A stretch of DNA of 64,000 bases from an uncultured delta proteobacterium (lineage in GTDB: Bacteria; Desulfobacterota; Binatia; Binatales; Binataceae), in assembly GCA_963794325.1 (NCBI GenBank), contig CAWCDG010000004.1:128001-192000 (forward strand), written 5' to 3'. Below, one piece after another: positions 46,462-55,704 of the stretch (within the stretch, counting starts at the first letter, position 1; the number at the start of each line of letters is the position of its first letter). The position numbers and the translations under genes were made by a program. The notes under the pieces were generated by a model, which saw nothing but the letters and a program-made list of their open reading frames with translations, was not told the origin of the DNA and ran no database searches.

Positions 46462-48603
46462 CTAGCGGCGCGACTGATACAGCAGCAGGTACTCGCGGCG
46501 GCCCCCGATCACTTTTTTCACATAATCACGCGTTTCTTTGTATGCGATATTTTCGACCCACTCGTCATCGGGGCCGGGCGATTTCGCGAGCCACTTCATG
46601 ACCGCGTTCTCGCCCCCGTTGTACGCAGCGACCGCATGGAACTCATCGCCATGGAACATCTCGAAAAGATTTTTCAGATAGGAAGTACCCAACTGCACAT
46701 TCACCGCCGGATCGTAAAGCCTGATCGCCTCGGGATCGATGCCTTCCTGCATCGCCATTTTGCGCGCCGTCGATGGAATCAACTGCATCAGGCCGCGCGC
46801 GTTCGAGCTTGACGTGGCTCGCGGATTGAACAGGCTCTCCTGCCGCGACAGCGCGAGCACCAGGTAAGGATCGAGCGTGAGCCGGCTGGACGCCGACGAA
46901 AAGAGATCCCAGTATGCGCGCGGATAGCGCACGCGCTCGGCGACGTCGTGATTCAGCTGCCCGCTTTTTTCCATGTGAGTCGCCGATACTATTGCGTCGT
47001 ACCATGCATCGGCGCTCGCGAATCCGGCGAGCACGAAACGCCGCATCTCGGGGCTGCCGCCACCGTGCTCTTCGAGCGCTTTCAATTCATCGGGCTCGAG
47101 TTCCTTGAGGCCGATCGCGCGCAGCGTCTGCAGCCGCGCCATGTGATACTCCGCGACTCCGCTGACCGCGGGTATTCCGCCGGCCTGAGGATCGGGCGCG
47201 GACGCGGCGGGAAGATCCGGCCGGGCGTCCGCGACGCGGCGGCTGGCAAGCTCCGGATAGTAATTGCTGTCGGTGCTGTTCGCGAGCTTTTCATAAATCG
47301 CACGAGCATCTATGGCGTCGCCCGCATTTCCCAACGCACGCGCGCGCCAGTATTCGCACATGTCGCGATTGATTGGATCCTTCGCGCGAACGCTTGCACT
47401 CTTGAAGCCATCTGCGGCGACGCGGTAATTGCGCGCCGCGTATAACGTCCACGGAATTCGGAACCGCGCGTCTTCCGCGGCGTCGCTGCTCGGGTACCGC
47501 GCAGCCAGCCGCCGGTATTGCGCGCGAGCGGAATCGAGCTGATGCAGTTCTTCGAAAATTTTGCCGACCCGGAGCATCGCACCGGGCGCGCGCTCGCTTC
47601 CGGGAAAATTCGCGACCAGCCGGTTGAACGCCGCGCGTGCCTGATCATCTTGATCGTCGTGCCAGTAAATCAGCGCCAGCGCTTCGAGCGCTGCCGCCGC
47701 ATCGGGACCGCGCGGCGCGATTTGCAGATACTCCACGATCGCGCGCTTGGCGCGATCAGGTTCGGGCTTGAGCGCTCTCGCCCTCACCCAAACCAGCTCC
47801 GCTCGAAGCGCAGGCTCAGGATTCATCGCGAGTCCCGCGTTCGCCTGCTCGTCAGCCTCGGACAGTGCGCCCTCACGCAGCAACAACTCGGATTCATCGC
47901 GATGGTACGACAGCGAATTCGTGTCGGCGACCTCGGGGTGCGACGCCAGGATCTCACGAACCAGCACGCGCGCTTCGGCATCCACGTCGGAGCGCGGATA
48001 TTTGTCGCGCAGTTCCATCAATTGCGCATAAGCCGCCTTCGGATTTCCGATCGCGATAAGCGACTTCCCTTCCGCAAGGCGCGCGCCCTGCTCTATCGAC
48101 GCTTCGGGACTCCGCGCGATCAGCCGCGACGCGACCTCTGACGCCTCCGCATTGCGCCCGAGGTTCAGCAGGTTGTTGGCCAAAATCAACTCGCCCGAGT
48201 CGAACATCACGCTGTCCGGGTACGTCTTGATAAGCCGATCAAGCGTCTGGGCCGACCCATTCAGATCGCCCTGGTCTTTCTGTGCGAGCGCGAGATAAAG
48301 CAGCGCGTAATCGCCGAGCGCGGGAAAATTATCGGCGGCGAATTTGAGCCGATCGATCGCGCGCAGGTTGTCGTGGTTCTGGTACGCGCGATAGCCGTCG
48401 AGGAATGCGCTCTGCCCGTCAGTGGGCGGCGCGAGCGGCGCCGGTGCCGCAGTAGCCGGCAGCGTCGCGGGCGCGGTTTGCGCCGTCGATGTTGGTTGCG
48501 ACGGTAGTGCGGCAGAATCTGCCCGCGCCGGCCCCGAGGCGCATCCGCCAAGCGCAACACACAGCCCCACGATCGCACCACCGCACCACCATCTCGTTTT
48601 CAT
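46462..48603 (-). CDS. slt: Soluble lytic transglycosylase (Slt70-like) lipoprotein with TPR repeats
   Basis: Lipobox LGGC, TPRs, RQESLF, ARGLMQL, AAYNGG, ETRDYV. Confidence 0.9.
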   Translation of the reverse strand: MKTRWWCGGAIVGLCVALGGCASGPARADSAALPSQPTSTAQTAPATLPATAAPAPLAPPTDGQSAFLDGYRAYQNHDNLRAIDRLKFAADNFPALGDYALLYLALAQKDQGDLNGSAQTLDRLIKTYPDSVMFDSGELILANNLLNLGRNAEASEVASRLIARSPEASIEQGARLAEGKSLIAIGNPKAAYAQLMELRDKYPRSDVDAEARVLVREILASHPEVADTNSLSYHRDESELLLREGALSEADEQANAGLAMNPEPALRAELVWVRARALKPEPDRAKRAIVEYLQIAPRGPDAAAALEALALIYWHDDQDDQARAAFNRLVANFPGSERAPGAMLRVGKIFEELHQLDSARAQYRRLAARYPSSDAAEDARFRIPWTLYAARNYRVAADGFKSASVRAKDPINRDMCEYWRARALGNAGDAIDARAIYEKLANSTDSNYYPELASRRVADARPDLPAASAPDPQAGGIPAVSGVAEYHMARLQTLRAIGLKELEPDELKALEEHGGGSPEMRRFVLAGFASADAWYDAIVSATHMEKSGQLNHDVAERVRYPRAYWDLFSSASSRLTLDPYLVLALSRQESLFNPRATSSSNARGLMQLIPSTARKMAMQEGIDPEAIRLYDPAVNVQLGTSYLKNLFEMFHGDEFHAVAAYNGGENAVMKWLAKSPGPDDEWVENIAYKETRDYVKKVIGGRREYLLLYQSRR

Positions 48604-48660
48604 CTGATCTTGGTTAGCGCATGGCTGCGATCGCTTCAATTGGCTACAGTCGAAAAGCGA

Positions 48661-49242
48661 ATGGGCGAATCTATCAGAGTGATTCTTGCGTCCGCGTCAC
48701 CGCGACGCCGTCAACTTTTGGCTGGCGCTGGAATTCAGTTCGAAGTGATAGAAAGCCTGATGCCCGAGGAGCATGTCGCAGGCGAGCCGCCGCACGATTA
48801 CGCACTCCGGATGGCGCGCGACAAGGCTTGCGCAGTTTCCTCGCGATTCCCCGACGCGATCGTGATCGGCGCCGACACTATCGTCGTGTGCGATTCTCAC
48901 ATTCTGGAAAAGCCCACAGATGCCAACGACGCGCACCGCATGCTCGCGATGCTTTCCGGACGCACTCATACCGTCGTGACCGCATTCGCTCTCGCACGCG
49001 CCGGAAAAATCCTCGAAGCTTCGCCGGTCGAGAGCAACGTCACTTTTCGTGAACTGACCGACGCGGAAATCGACACGTACATCGCAACCAACGAACCATT
49101 CGACAAGGCCGGCGCTTATGGAATCCAGGGCGTCGGCGGCGGATTCATCTCGCACGTTGAAGGATCGCGCGACAACGTGATGGGCCTGCCGACCGAGCGT
49201 GTCATCGCTGCCCTCGCGCGATTCGGCGTGAAGCGCGTTTAG
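48661..49242 (+). CDS. maf: Maf nucleoside triphosphate pyrophosphatase
   Basis: ILASASPRR, GADT, EKP, LSGRTH, DKAGAYGIQG, NVMGLP. Confidence 0.94.
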   Translation: MGESIRVILASASPRRRQLLAGAGIQFEVIESLMPEEHVAGEPPHDYALRMARDKACAVSSRFPDAIVIGADTIVVCDSHILEKPTDANDAHRMLAMLSGRTHTVVTAFALARAGKILEASPVESNVTFRELTDAEIDTYIATNEPFDKAGAYGIQGVGGGFISHVEGSRDNVMGLPTERVIAALARFGVKRV

Positions 49243-49245
49243 ACA

Positions 49246-49935
49246 ATGCCGATTGACCATGCGATCAAAGAGCGGCTCACCATCGTGCAAGCACGCATCG
49301 GCGCGGCTGCCTACTCAGCGAAGCGCGATCCCGCTTCGATTCGGCTCGTGCTCGCGAGCAAGACTCAGCCGAGCGAACTGATTCGGGCCGCATGGGAAGC
49401 GGGCGCGCGCGATTTCGGCGAGAACTACGTGCAAGAGGCAATTGCGAAGCAGGCCGATCTGCGCGACTTGACCGACCTTCGATGGCACCTGATTGGCCAT
49501 CTGCAAACCAACAAGGCGAAGACCGCCGCGAGCGCTTTCTCTCTCATCCACAGCGTCGATTCGATTCGCCTCGCCGACGCTCTCGCGCGCGCGCAACCGT
49601 CGCCGCGCGTTCACGCTCTTATCGAAGTGAATCTCGGCGGCGAGGCGAGCAAGACCGGCGTCGCGCCGGATGGCGTCGCCGCAATCCTCGACGCTGCTCG
49701 CGGCAAAATCGAAATCGACGGCCTGATGACGATTCCGCCGCCCGCGCGCAGCGCCGAAGCCTCGCGTCCCTGGTTCGCCCGGCTGCGCGAACTGCGCGAC
49801 AGTCTTGCGACACAATCCGGCTATGCGCTAAGCGAACTCTCCATGGGCATGACGGACGACTTCGAAGTCGCGATCGAGGAAGGCGCGACAATAGTGCGGA
49901 TCGGTCGCGCCGTCTTCGGCGAACGCATCGCGTGA
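49246..49935 (+). CDS. yggS: PLP homeostasis protein YggS/PipY
   Basis: [34 protein letters not shown]. Confidence 0.95.
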   Translation: MPIDHAIKERLTIVQARIGAAAYSAKRDPASIRLVLASKTQPSELIRAAWEAGARDFGENYVQEAIAKQADLRDLTDLRWHLIGHLQTNKAKTAASAFSLIHSVDSIRLADALARAQPSPRVHALIEVNLGGEASKTGVAPDGVAAILDAARGKIEIDGLMTIPPPARSAEASRPWFARLRELRDSLATQSGYALSELSMGMTDDFEVAIEEGATIVRIGRAVFGERIA

Positions 49936-49945
49936 AACGCATGAA

Positions 49946-50770
49946 ATGAAAAAACTTGGATTCATCGGCGGTGGCAACATGGCCGAGGCGCTCGCCCACG
50001 GCCTTATCCAGCACAAAGTTTTCAAGCCCGCCGATATAATAGTGTCTGACGTCGCGCCCGACCGCCGCCGCAAACTCGCGCGCTCGCTCAAGGTCGCGAC
50101 CACCGACGACAACAAAGAAGTGCTGCGCGAATCCACCGCGGTCCTGCTAGCCGTCAAGCCGCAGACCATCGACAGCGTGATGTCGGAGCTCGCGACTGTG
50201 TTGGCGAAGTCTAACAAGGGCAAGCTCTTCATCTCGATCGCCGCCGGCATAACGATTGAGCGCCTCACGCGCGGACTGGGCAAGCGTGCGCGAGTAATCC
50301 GCGTGATGCCGAATGCACCCGCGATGGTCGGTCATGGGATGGCCGCGATGGTGCGTGCGCGAACTGCCACGCCGGCCGACGAGCACTTCGCGCTGAAAAT
50401 TTTCAACGCGGTCGGCGACGCCGTCGCGCTCAAGGACGAGAAGCTGCTCGACGTCGTCACCGCCCTCTCCGGCAGCGGCCCCGCTTACGTTTACCTGTTC
50501 GCCAAGGCGATGGCCGATGCCGCAGTGAGCGAGGGGATCCCTCGCGAACTGGCGATTCGCATGGCGCTGAAGACGATTCGCGGCGCCGAACACCTGATGC
50601 GCGAGTCGAAGCGCGAGGTCGCCGACTTGATTCGCACCGTCGCCTCGCCCGGCGGCACCACCGAGGCCGCACTTCGTCGATTCGCCGAGCATGGCTTTTC
50701 TGATATCGTGGCATCCGCACTGCACGCCGCCAGCGATCGCTCGCGCGAACTTGGCCGCGGAATCAACTAG
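49946..50770 (+). CDS. proC: Pyrroline-5-carboxylate reductase
   Basis: [32 protein letters not shown]. Confidence 0.96.
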   Translation: MKKLGFIGGGNMAEALAHGLIQHKVFKPADIIVSDVAPDRRRKLARSLKVATTDDNKEVLRESTAVLLAVKPQTIDSVMSELATVLAKSNKGKLFISIAAGITIERLTRGLGKRARVIRVMPNAPAMVGHGMAAMVRARTATPADEHFALKIFNAVGDAVALKDEKLLDVVTALSGSGPAYVYLFAKAMADAAVSEGIPRELAIRMALKTIRGAEHLMRESKREVADLIRTVASPGGTTEAALRRFAEHGFSDIVASALHAASDRSRELGRGIN

Positions 50771-50785
50771 CGAGAGCGACTTCGC

Positions 50786-51088
50786 GTGTACGCCTGGACC
50801 AACCTGATTATCTTCATCGCCCAGACCCTCGACGGTTTACTGACGCTCTACTTGTACGTCGTGATCATCGCGGCGCTGATGACCTGGATCGAGCCGAATC
50901 AGTACAATCCGATCGTCCGCTTCCTCTATTCGGTAACCGAGCCGGTCTTCGACTGGTTCCGCGAACACATGCCGGTGGTCTTCGGCGGGATCGATTTTTC
51001 GCCGCTGATCGTGATCATTCTGATTCAGTTGATCAAGCAAGTTGTCATTCGGAGCGTCGTGCAAGCGCTGGTTCCTGGCTACGCATGA
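50786..51088 (+). CDS. yggT: YggT family membrane protein
   Basis: W..P..YNPIVRFL..VTEP, GGIDFSP. Confidence 0.92.
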   Translation: MYAWTNLIIFIAQTLDGLLTLYLYVVIIAALMTWIEPNQYNPIVRFLYSVTEPVFDWFREHMPVVFGGIDFSPLIVIILIQLIKQVVIRSVVQALVPGYA

Positions 51089-51420
51089 GTCCGGGCGGAA
51101 ATCCGCCAGGGTCGGACGTCCTCTGGATGCGCGTATCGATCGACGAAGTGATAATCGAGGTGACCGCGCGTCCGGGCGCGTCGCGCCGCGGCGTTATCGG
51201 CGTGACCGGCGATCGCCTGGTCGTCGCAATCAACTCACCGCCCGACAAGGGTAAGGCGAACGACGAACTCGTCGAGTATCTCGCGCGCGAAATGCGCGTG
51301 CCCAAGTCGGCCCTGCTGATAGTCCGCGGAGAAACCTCGCGCCGCAAAACGATCAGAGTCGTGACCCACGAACCCACCAAGGTCGCCGCGCGTCTGCGCC
51401 AACTCAGCAAACCAAAGTAA
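51085..51420 (+). CDS. DUF167/YggU family protein
   Basis: V.P.A.R, PPDKGKAN, GETSRRK. Confidence 0.88.
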   Translation: MSPGGNPPGSDVLWMRVSIDEVIIEVTARPGASRRGVIGVTGDRLVVAINSPPDKGKANDELVEYLAREMRVPKSALLIVRGETSRRKTIRVVTHEPTKVAARLRQLSKPK

Positions 51421-51441
51421 CGTTTCCCTGCGCGCGAACGC

Positions 51442-52062
51442 TCAGTGACCGCTGTCCGTATGCGTCGAAGTGGGATTGAAAAACAGCGGACCTCCTACCG
51501 GCAGCTCAGCGCATGCCGAAGGATCGCCCTGTCCCGCCTGGGTCACGAACGAATCGCCGGTCTTCTCGAGCGGACACGTGCATGCCGCCAGCGCGACTCC
51601 ATTCTGAGTGCCGTCGCGCGTGCAAGCCCAGTTCCAACATTGAGAGAACGAATACTGCGCAGGACACACCTGCATAATCGACGGTGCGTCCTGCCATGTT
51701 CCGTTGATCAGCTGCGGAAAAGAATCCGAGAACTCGAAGGTCGAGTACACGAGATTAAGATTCGACGACGTGCAACTGCCTTTCATATTGCCGCCGTTGA
51801 GGTCGGCGACATTGTCGCCCACAATGATCGGACATTCGCACGCAACCGCCGGGTACTTCTTCCCCTGATTGTTCTTGACGACGCCTCCCGTCGCGACGCA
51901 TGTGGACGCCGCGCACAACGCAAACTCAGTGTCGTGACATACGGTAAGCTGCCGCGGGAATCGGTGCGACGCTGCGCGCGCGAAGCCTGCCGCACAAAAC
52001 AACATCGCGCAGATTAGCGCCATTATCGTGAACGGAAATATTCGCACATCAGTTCGTTTCAT
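51442..52062 (-). CDS. Secreted Cys-rich hypothetical protein (12 Cys in mature part)
   Basis: GGAGG RBS, signal peptide ARA|, FALCAASTC, CECP, CWNWAC, CTCP. Confidence 0.75.
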   Translation of the reverse strand: MKRTDVRIFPFTIMALICAMLFCAAGFARAASHRFPRQLTVCHDTEFALCAASTCVATGGVVKNNQGKKYPAVACECPIIVGDNVADLNGGNMKGSCTSSNLNLVYSTFEFSDSFPQLINGTWQDAPSIMQVCPAQYSFSQCWNWACTRDGTQNGVALAACTCPLEKTGDSFVTQAGQGDPSACAELPVGGPLFFNPTSTHTDSGH

Positions 52063-52423
52063 TGGACCTCCGAAAATTTAGCGTGAGACTTGAACTTGGA
52101 CGCGTTCTGTTATCAGCAGATGCCGTGCCAGTCCGGAGTGGCGCGCTTAGCTTGGCGGCGCTGTTCACACCGCCGATTCGATGACATCGGCGACATCGCA
52201 TGTAGCCCGATAGGACATTGAATGGCGCAGTTTGTCGGCCTGGTCTCGATACCCGGACCTCCGTCAAAACGTCATCGCGCCTATATCAAATCGTCAAATC
52301 GACGCCGTCTCGTTGTCCGGATTTCCCTTTTATTTCCACGAATTTTGCCGTTTTCCTTGTCTCAAATTCCTTTAGTAATAAAATTTTAGTTGCAGATTCG
52401 TAGCGCGCTGGAGGGACCTTTTG

Positions 52424-53956
52424 ATGCGCCACCGCTCTTCTTTCCTCTTTCTTATATCTTCGTGCCTGCTCGCACTCCCGCTTTCCGCTATCGCCGATCC
52501 CGCCGCAATTCCGCCAAGTGAAGCTCCCGCAGCGCACATGGCAAAGGGGCACGACGCGCCCGACTTCACGCGCAAGTGTCCGCCGGGATTTAACGACACG
52601 CCCGCGATGCCGGCGCATTACAGTCAGCCGACCATCCTCGCGATGCCGCAGAAAAAGGTCTTCGCGCTGGGTCAGCAAATCTTCGTTACCAATTTCAACG
52701 CATGCGACGGCGCGGGACGTCCCGCCACCACCGGCACCGGCGCAGCGCGCACCGCGGATCCCGTGCTGGGTCCGCGCAATACCCGAGTGTCGGCGCCCGA
52801 AGCCGACTCATGCGCGGGATGTCACAATCAGCCGCAGCCAGGCGGCGCCGGCGATTTCGTCGCCAACGTATTCGTGCTGGCGCAGGCCGCCGATCCGGTA
52901 TCGCGCATAATTCTCAACGAGGACTTCAGCAACACCTGGGACGAACGCAACACGCTCGGGATGTTCGGCTCCGGCGCAATCGAGATGCTCGGGCGCGAGA
53001 TGTCGGCCGACTTGCTTGGTGAGCAAAAGAGCGCAATCAGCAGTGCTCAGTCATCGGGACATAACGTCACCGTGAACCTGCAGACCAAGGGCGTTTCATT
53101 TGGCGCATTGACGGCGCATCCGGATGGCAGCGTCGATACCAGCGCGGTAGCCGGCGTCGATCCCGACCTGATCATAAAGCCGTTCGGGCGCAAGGGCGCG
53201 TTCCGCTCGCTCCGCGATTTCACCGTGACCGCGATGAATCAGCATCATGGGATGCAGGCGGTCGAGCGCTTCGGCGCCGACACCGATCCTGACGGCGACG
53301 GCGTGACCAACGAACTTCTCATCGGCGACATCACCGCGGTGACGATATTCCAGGCCGCGCTGCCGGCGCCGATTGTTACGACTCAAGGCCTCGATCGCCG
53401 TGCGGCGTCTCGTGGCGCCGATTTGTTCGACAAGGTCGGATGCACCGGATGCCATCTGCCGTCGCTCCAGCTTACCAGCACCAGGTTCTGCGACCCCGAT
53501 CCGCAAAATCCGTCCAACACCTTCAACGACGCGTCGCAATCTTATTGCTTCGACCTGTCGCAGACCGGAATTCGCGGCAATACGGTGGCGGCGTACACCG
53601 ATCTCAAGCGCCACGTGATTTGCGACAACAACAAGCCGCACTACTGCAACGAACCCGCTTCGCCGGTGCAGGCGTCCGACAGCAATTTCCCGATCCCGAT
53701 GGATCAGTTTCTCACTGCCAAGTTGTGGGATACGGGAAACTCGGGACCATGGGGCCATCGCGGCGATCTCGACACCATCTACGCCGCGATTACTGCTCAC
53801 GGCGGCGAGGCGACGACGTCGGAGAGTCAGTTCGAAGCGCTGTCGAACTCCGATCAGCTGGCGATCGTGACGTTCCTGAAGACTCTGCAGATGCCGACAC
53901 TGCCGACCAACCAGGACCCGAACGTCGGCATGCTGAACGCTCCGGGACCGCATTGA
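52424..53956 (+). CDS. Exported di-heme oxidoreductase family protein (DHOR/DUF1111-like)
   Basis: Signal peptide, CAGCH and CTGCH heme motifs, FG.GAIE, FG.KG, YTDLKRH, T.KLWD.G, HRG, AI..HGGEA. Confidence 0.85.
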   Translation: MRHRSSFLFLISSCLLALPLSAIADPAAIPPSEAPAAHMAKGHDAPDFTRKCPPGFNDTPAMPAHYSQPTILAMPQKKVFALGQQIFVTNFNACDGAGRPATTGTGAARTADPVLGPRNTRVSAPEADSCAGCHNQPQPGGAGDFVANVFVLAQAADPVSRIILNEDFSNTWDERNTLGMFGSGAIEMLGREMSADLLGEQKSAISSAQSSGHNVTVNLQTKGVSFGALTAHPDGSVDTSAVAGVDPDLIIKPFGRKGAFRSLRDFTVTAMNQHHGMQAVERFGADTDPDGDGVTNELLIGDITAVTIFQAALPAPIVTTQGLDRRAASRGADLFDKVGCTGCHLPSLQLTSTRFCDPDPQNPSNTFNDASQSYCFDLSQTGIRGNTVAAYTDLKRHVICDNNKPHYCNEPASPVQASDSNFPIPMDQFLTAKLWDTGNSGPWGHRGDLDTIYAAITAHGGEATTSESQFEALSNSDQLAIVTFLKTLQMPTLPTNQDPNVGMLNAPGPH

Positions 53957-54125
53957 CCGGACGTCCGCCTGCGCCAGCAGAAATTGGCAGACTGGAATTT
54001 CATCTGCTAACGAATCGCGGGCGAATCGAAAGCGAATAACCCCGCTTCTGTTGACTGCCTGACGTTTGGTGGTTACCTAAGGTATAGCGAGGCGGGAGTT
54101 TTCGATTAGCAGCCTCTGATTTGCG

Positions 54126-54509
54126 ATGCCAATCTACGAGTACAAGTGCCACAAATGCGGCGTGTTCGAAGCGATGCAGGGAATCAAGGAGCAGCCGCTA
54201 AAGAAATGTCCGACCTGCAAGAGCAAGGTTGAGCGCCAGATGTCGCGCGGCTCATTCATCCTCAAGGGCAGCGGATGGTACGCGACGGACTACGCCAAAA
54301 AAAGCACGCCAGCCAGCACTGACTCCGACTCAACCTCGACCCCGGCAACCCCCACAGCCAACGGCGGCACGCCGTCGAGTGATTCCAGTTCAAAGCCGGC
54401 CACCGATTCAAAACCCGCAACAGAAACCAAGTCGTCATCCTCCGAACCCAAGCCGTCGAAGTCCAAATCGTCCTCAGAAAAATCCATCTCGGCAAAAGCC
54501 GCCAACTGA
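54126..54509 (+). CDS. FmdB-family zinc ribbon protein with low-complexity tail
   Basis: [26 protein letters not shown]. Confidence 0.9.
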   Translation: MPIYEYKCHKCGVFEAMQGIKEQPLKKCPTCKSKVERQMSRGSFILKGSGWYATDYAKKSTPASTDSDSTSTPATPTANGGTPSSDSSSKPATDSKPATETKSSSSEPKPSKSKSSSEKSISAKAAN

Positions 54510-54544
54510 TCTTCTCTGATTCCTTGATTTGCATGGGCCAGAAA

Positions 54545-54609
54545 ATCACAGGCTAAAGCCTGTGCCACCAAAATCTCTGCCCGAAGTGGCACCGGCTTCA
54601 GCCGGTGAT
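54545..54609. repeat. Inverted REP doublet (GTGG-type, REPIN-like), family C
   Basis: CACAGGCTAAAGCCTGTGCCAC and GTGGCACCGGCTTCAGCCGGTG in inverted orientation with 17 nt spacer. Confidence 0.75.
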
Positions 54610-54672
54610 TCTCTCCTCCCCCGACCCTGAGAGCAAAATGGCGTCCTCGCCATTTTGCGATTAGTACTTTTC

Positions 54673-54728
54673 ACTGGGTGCAGGGGTCACCCCTGCAGAA
54701 GGAGCGTGAAACCCACCGCGGGTTTCAC
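54673..54728 (+). repeat. REP-like family A, copy 4 (two-hairpin form)
   Basis: ACTGGGTGCAGGGGTCACCCCTGC..GGAGC-GTGAAACCC-ACCGC-GGGTTTCAC. Confidence 0.82.
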
Positions 54729-54744
54729 TAAAATCGTGCGCACC

Positions 54745-55695
54745 ATGCGTGCGTTAATCTTCGATCGCAACCTCGAATTACGCCCCCACTACCCCGACCC
54801 CATCGCCGCGCCGGGCGAGAGTATCGTGCGCGTCTCAGCCGCCGGCATCTGCGGCACCGACCTCGAAATCGCGCGCGGCTACATGCAGTATCGCGGAGTG
54901 CCGGGCCATGAATTCGCCGGCCGCGTGACCGAATCGAAAACCGCTTCGCTCCGCGGAAAGCGCGTGGTCGGCGAGATCAACGCCGGATGCGCCCGATGCG
55001 CGGCATGCTTCGCCGGCGACCCGCGACATTGCCCCAATCGCACCGTGCTCGGAATTCTCGGCCGCGACGGCGCCTTCGCCGAATTTCTTCAACTTCCCGA
55101 CATCAACCTGATCCCGATTCCCGATTCGATTCCCGACAACATCGCGGTGTTCGTCGAGCCGCTCGCGGCCGCCTACGAAATTTTCGCGCAGACTCCGGTC
55201 GCGCGGAACCAGACAATCGCAGTGATGGGTGACGGCAGGTTGGGTGCGCTCGTCGCGCTGGTGTTCAAGGGCGAAAAGTACCTGCCGATCGTTGCGGGCC
55301 ATCATCGCGAGAAACTCGCGCGGCTCGCCGCTCTCGGACTCGACACCGCCGAAGAATCCTCCCTGCACGACAAATTTGACGTCGTGATCGAATGCAGTGG
55401 TAGCGAATCCGGCTTCCGGCGCGCGCTCGAACTCGTCCACCCGCGTGGAAAGATCATATTGAAGAGCACCGCGGCCGCGTCGGCCCAACTTAATCTCGCG
55501 CCAATCGTCGTCAACGAGATCACCGTGATCGGCTCGCGATGCGGCCGGTTTCAGCCCGCACTCGACGCGCTCGCAGCCGGAAAAATCGATCCCGCGCCGC
55601 TGATCGATGGCACCTTTGCGCTCGACGATGGCCTCGCCGCGCTCGAAGCGGCGAAGGACCCGCTCAATTTCAAGATACTGCTGAGAGCGTCGTGA
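54745..55695 (+). CDS. Zinc-binding medium-chain alcohol dehydrogenase
   Basis: GICGTD, GHEF, C..C..C.......C, EPLA, GDGRLG. Confidence 0.9.
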   Translation: MRALIFDRNLELRPHYPDPIAAPGESIVRVSAAGICGTDLEIARGYMQYRGVPGHEFAGRVTESKTASLRGKRVVGEINAGCARCAACFAGDPRHCPNRTVLGILGRDGAFAEFLQLPDINLIPIPDSIPDNIAVFVEPLAAAYEIFAQTPVARNQTIAVMGDGRLGALVALVFKGEKYLPIVAGHHREKLARLAALGLDTAEESSLHDKFDVVIECSGSESGFRRALELVHPRGKIILKSTAAASAQLNLAPIVVNEITVIGSRCGRFQPALDALAAGKIDPAPLIDGTFALDDGLAALEAAKDPLNFKILLRAS

Positions 55696-55704
55696 AGCTG
55701 CGCG

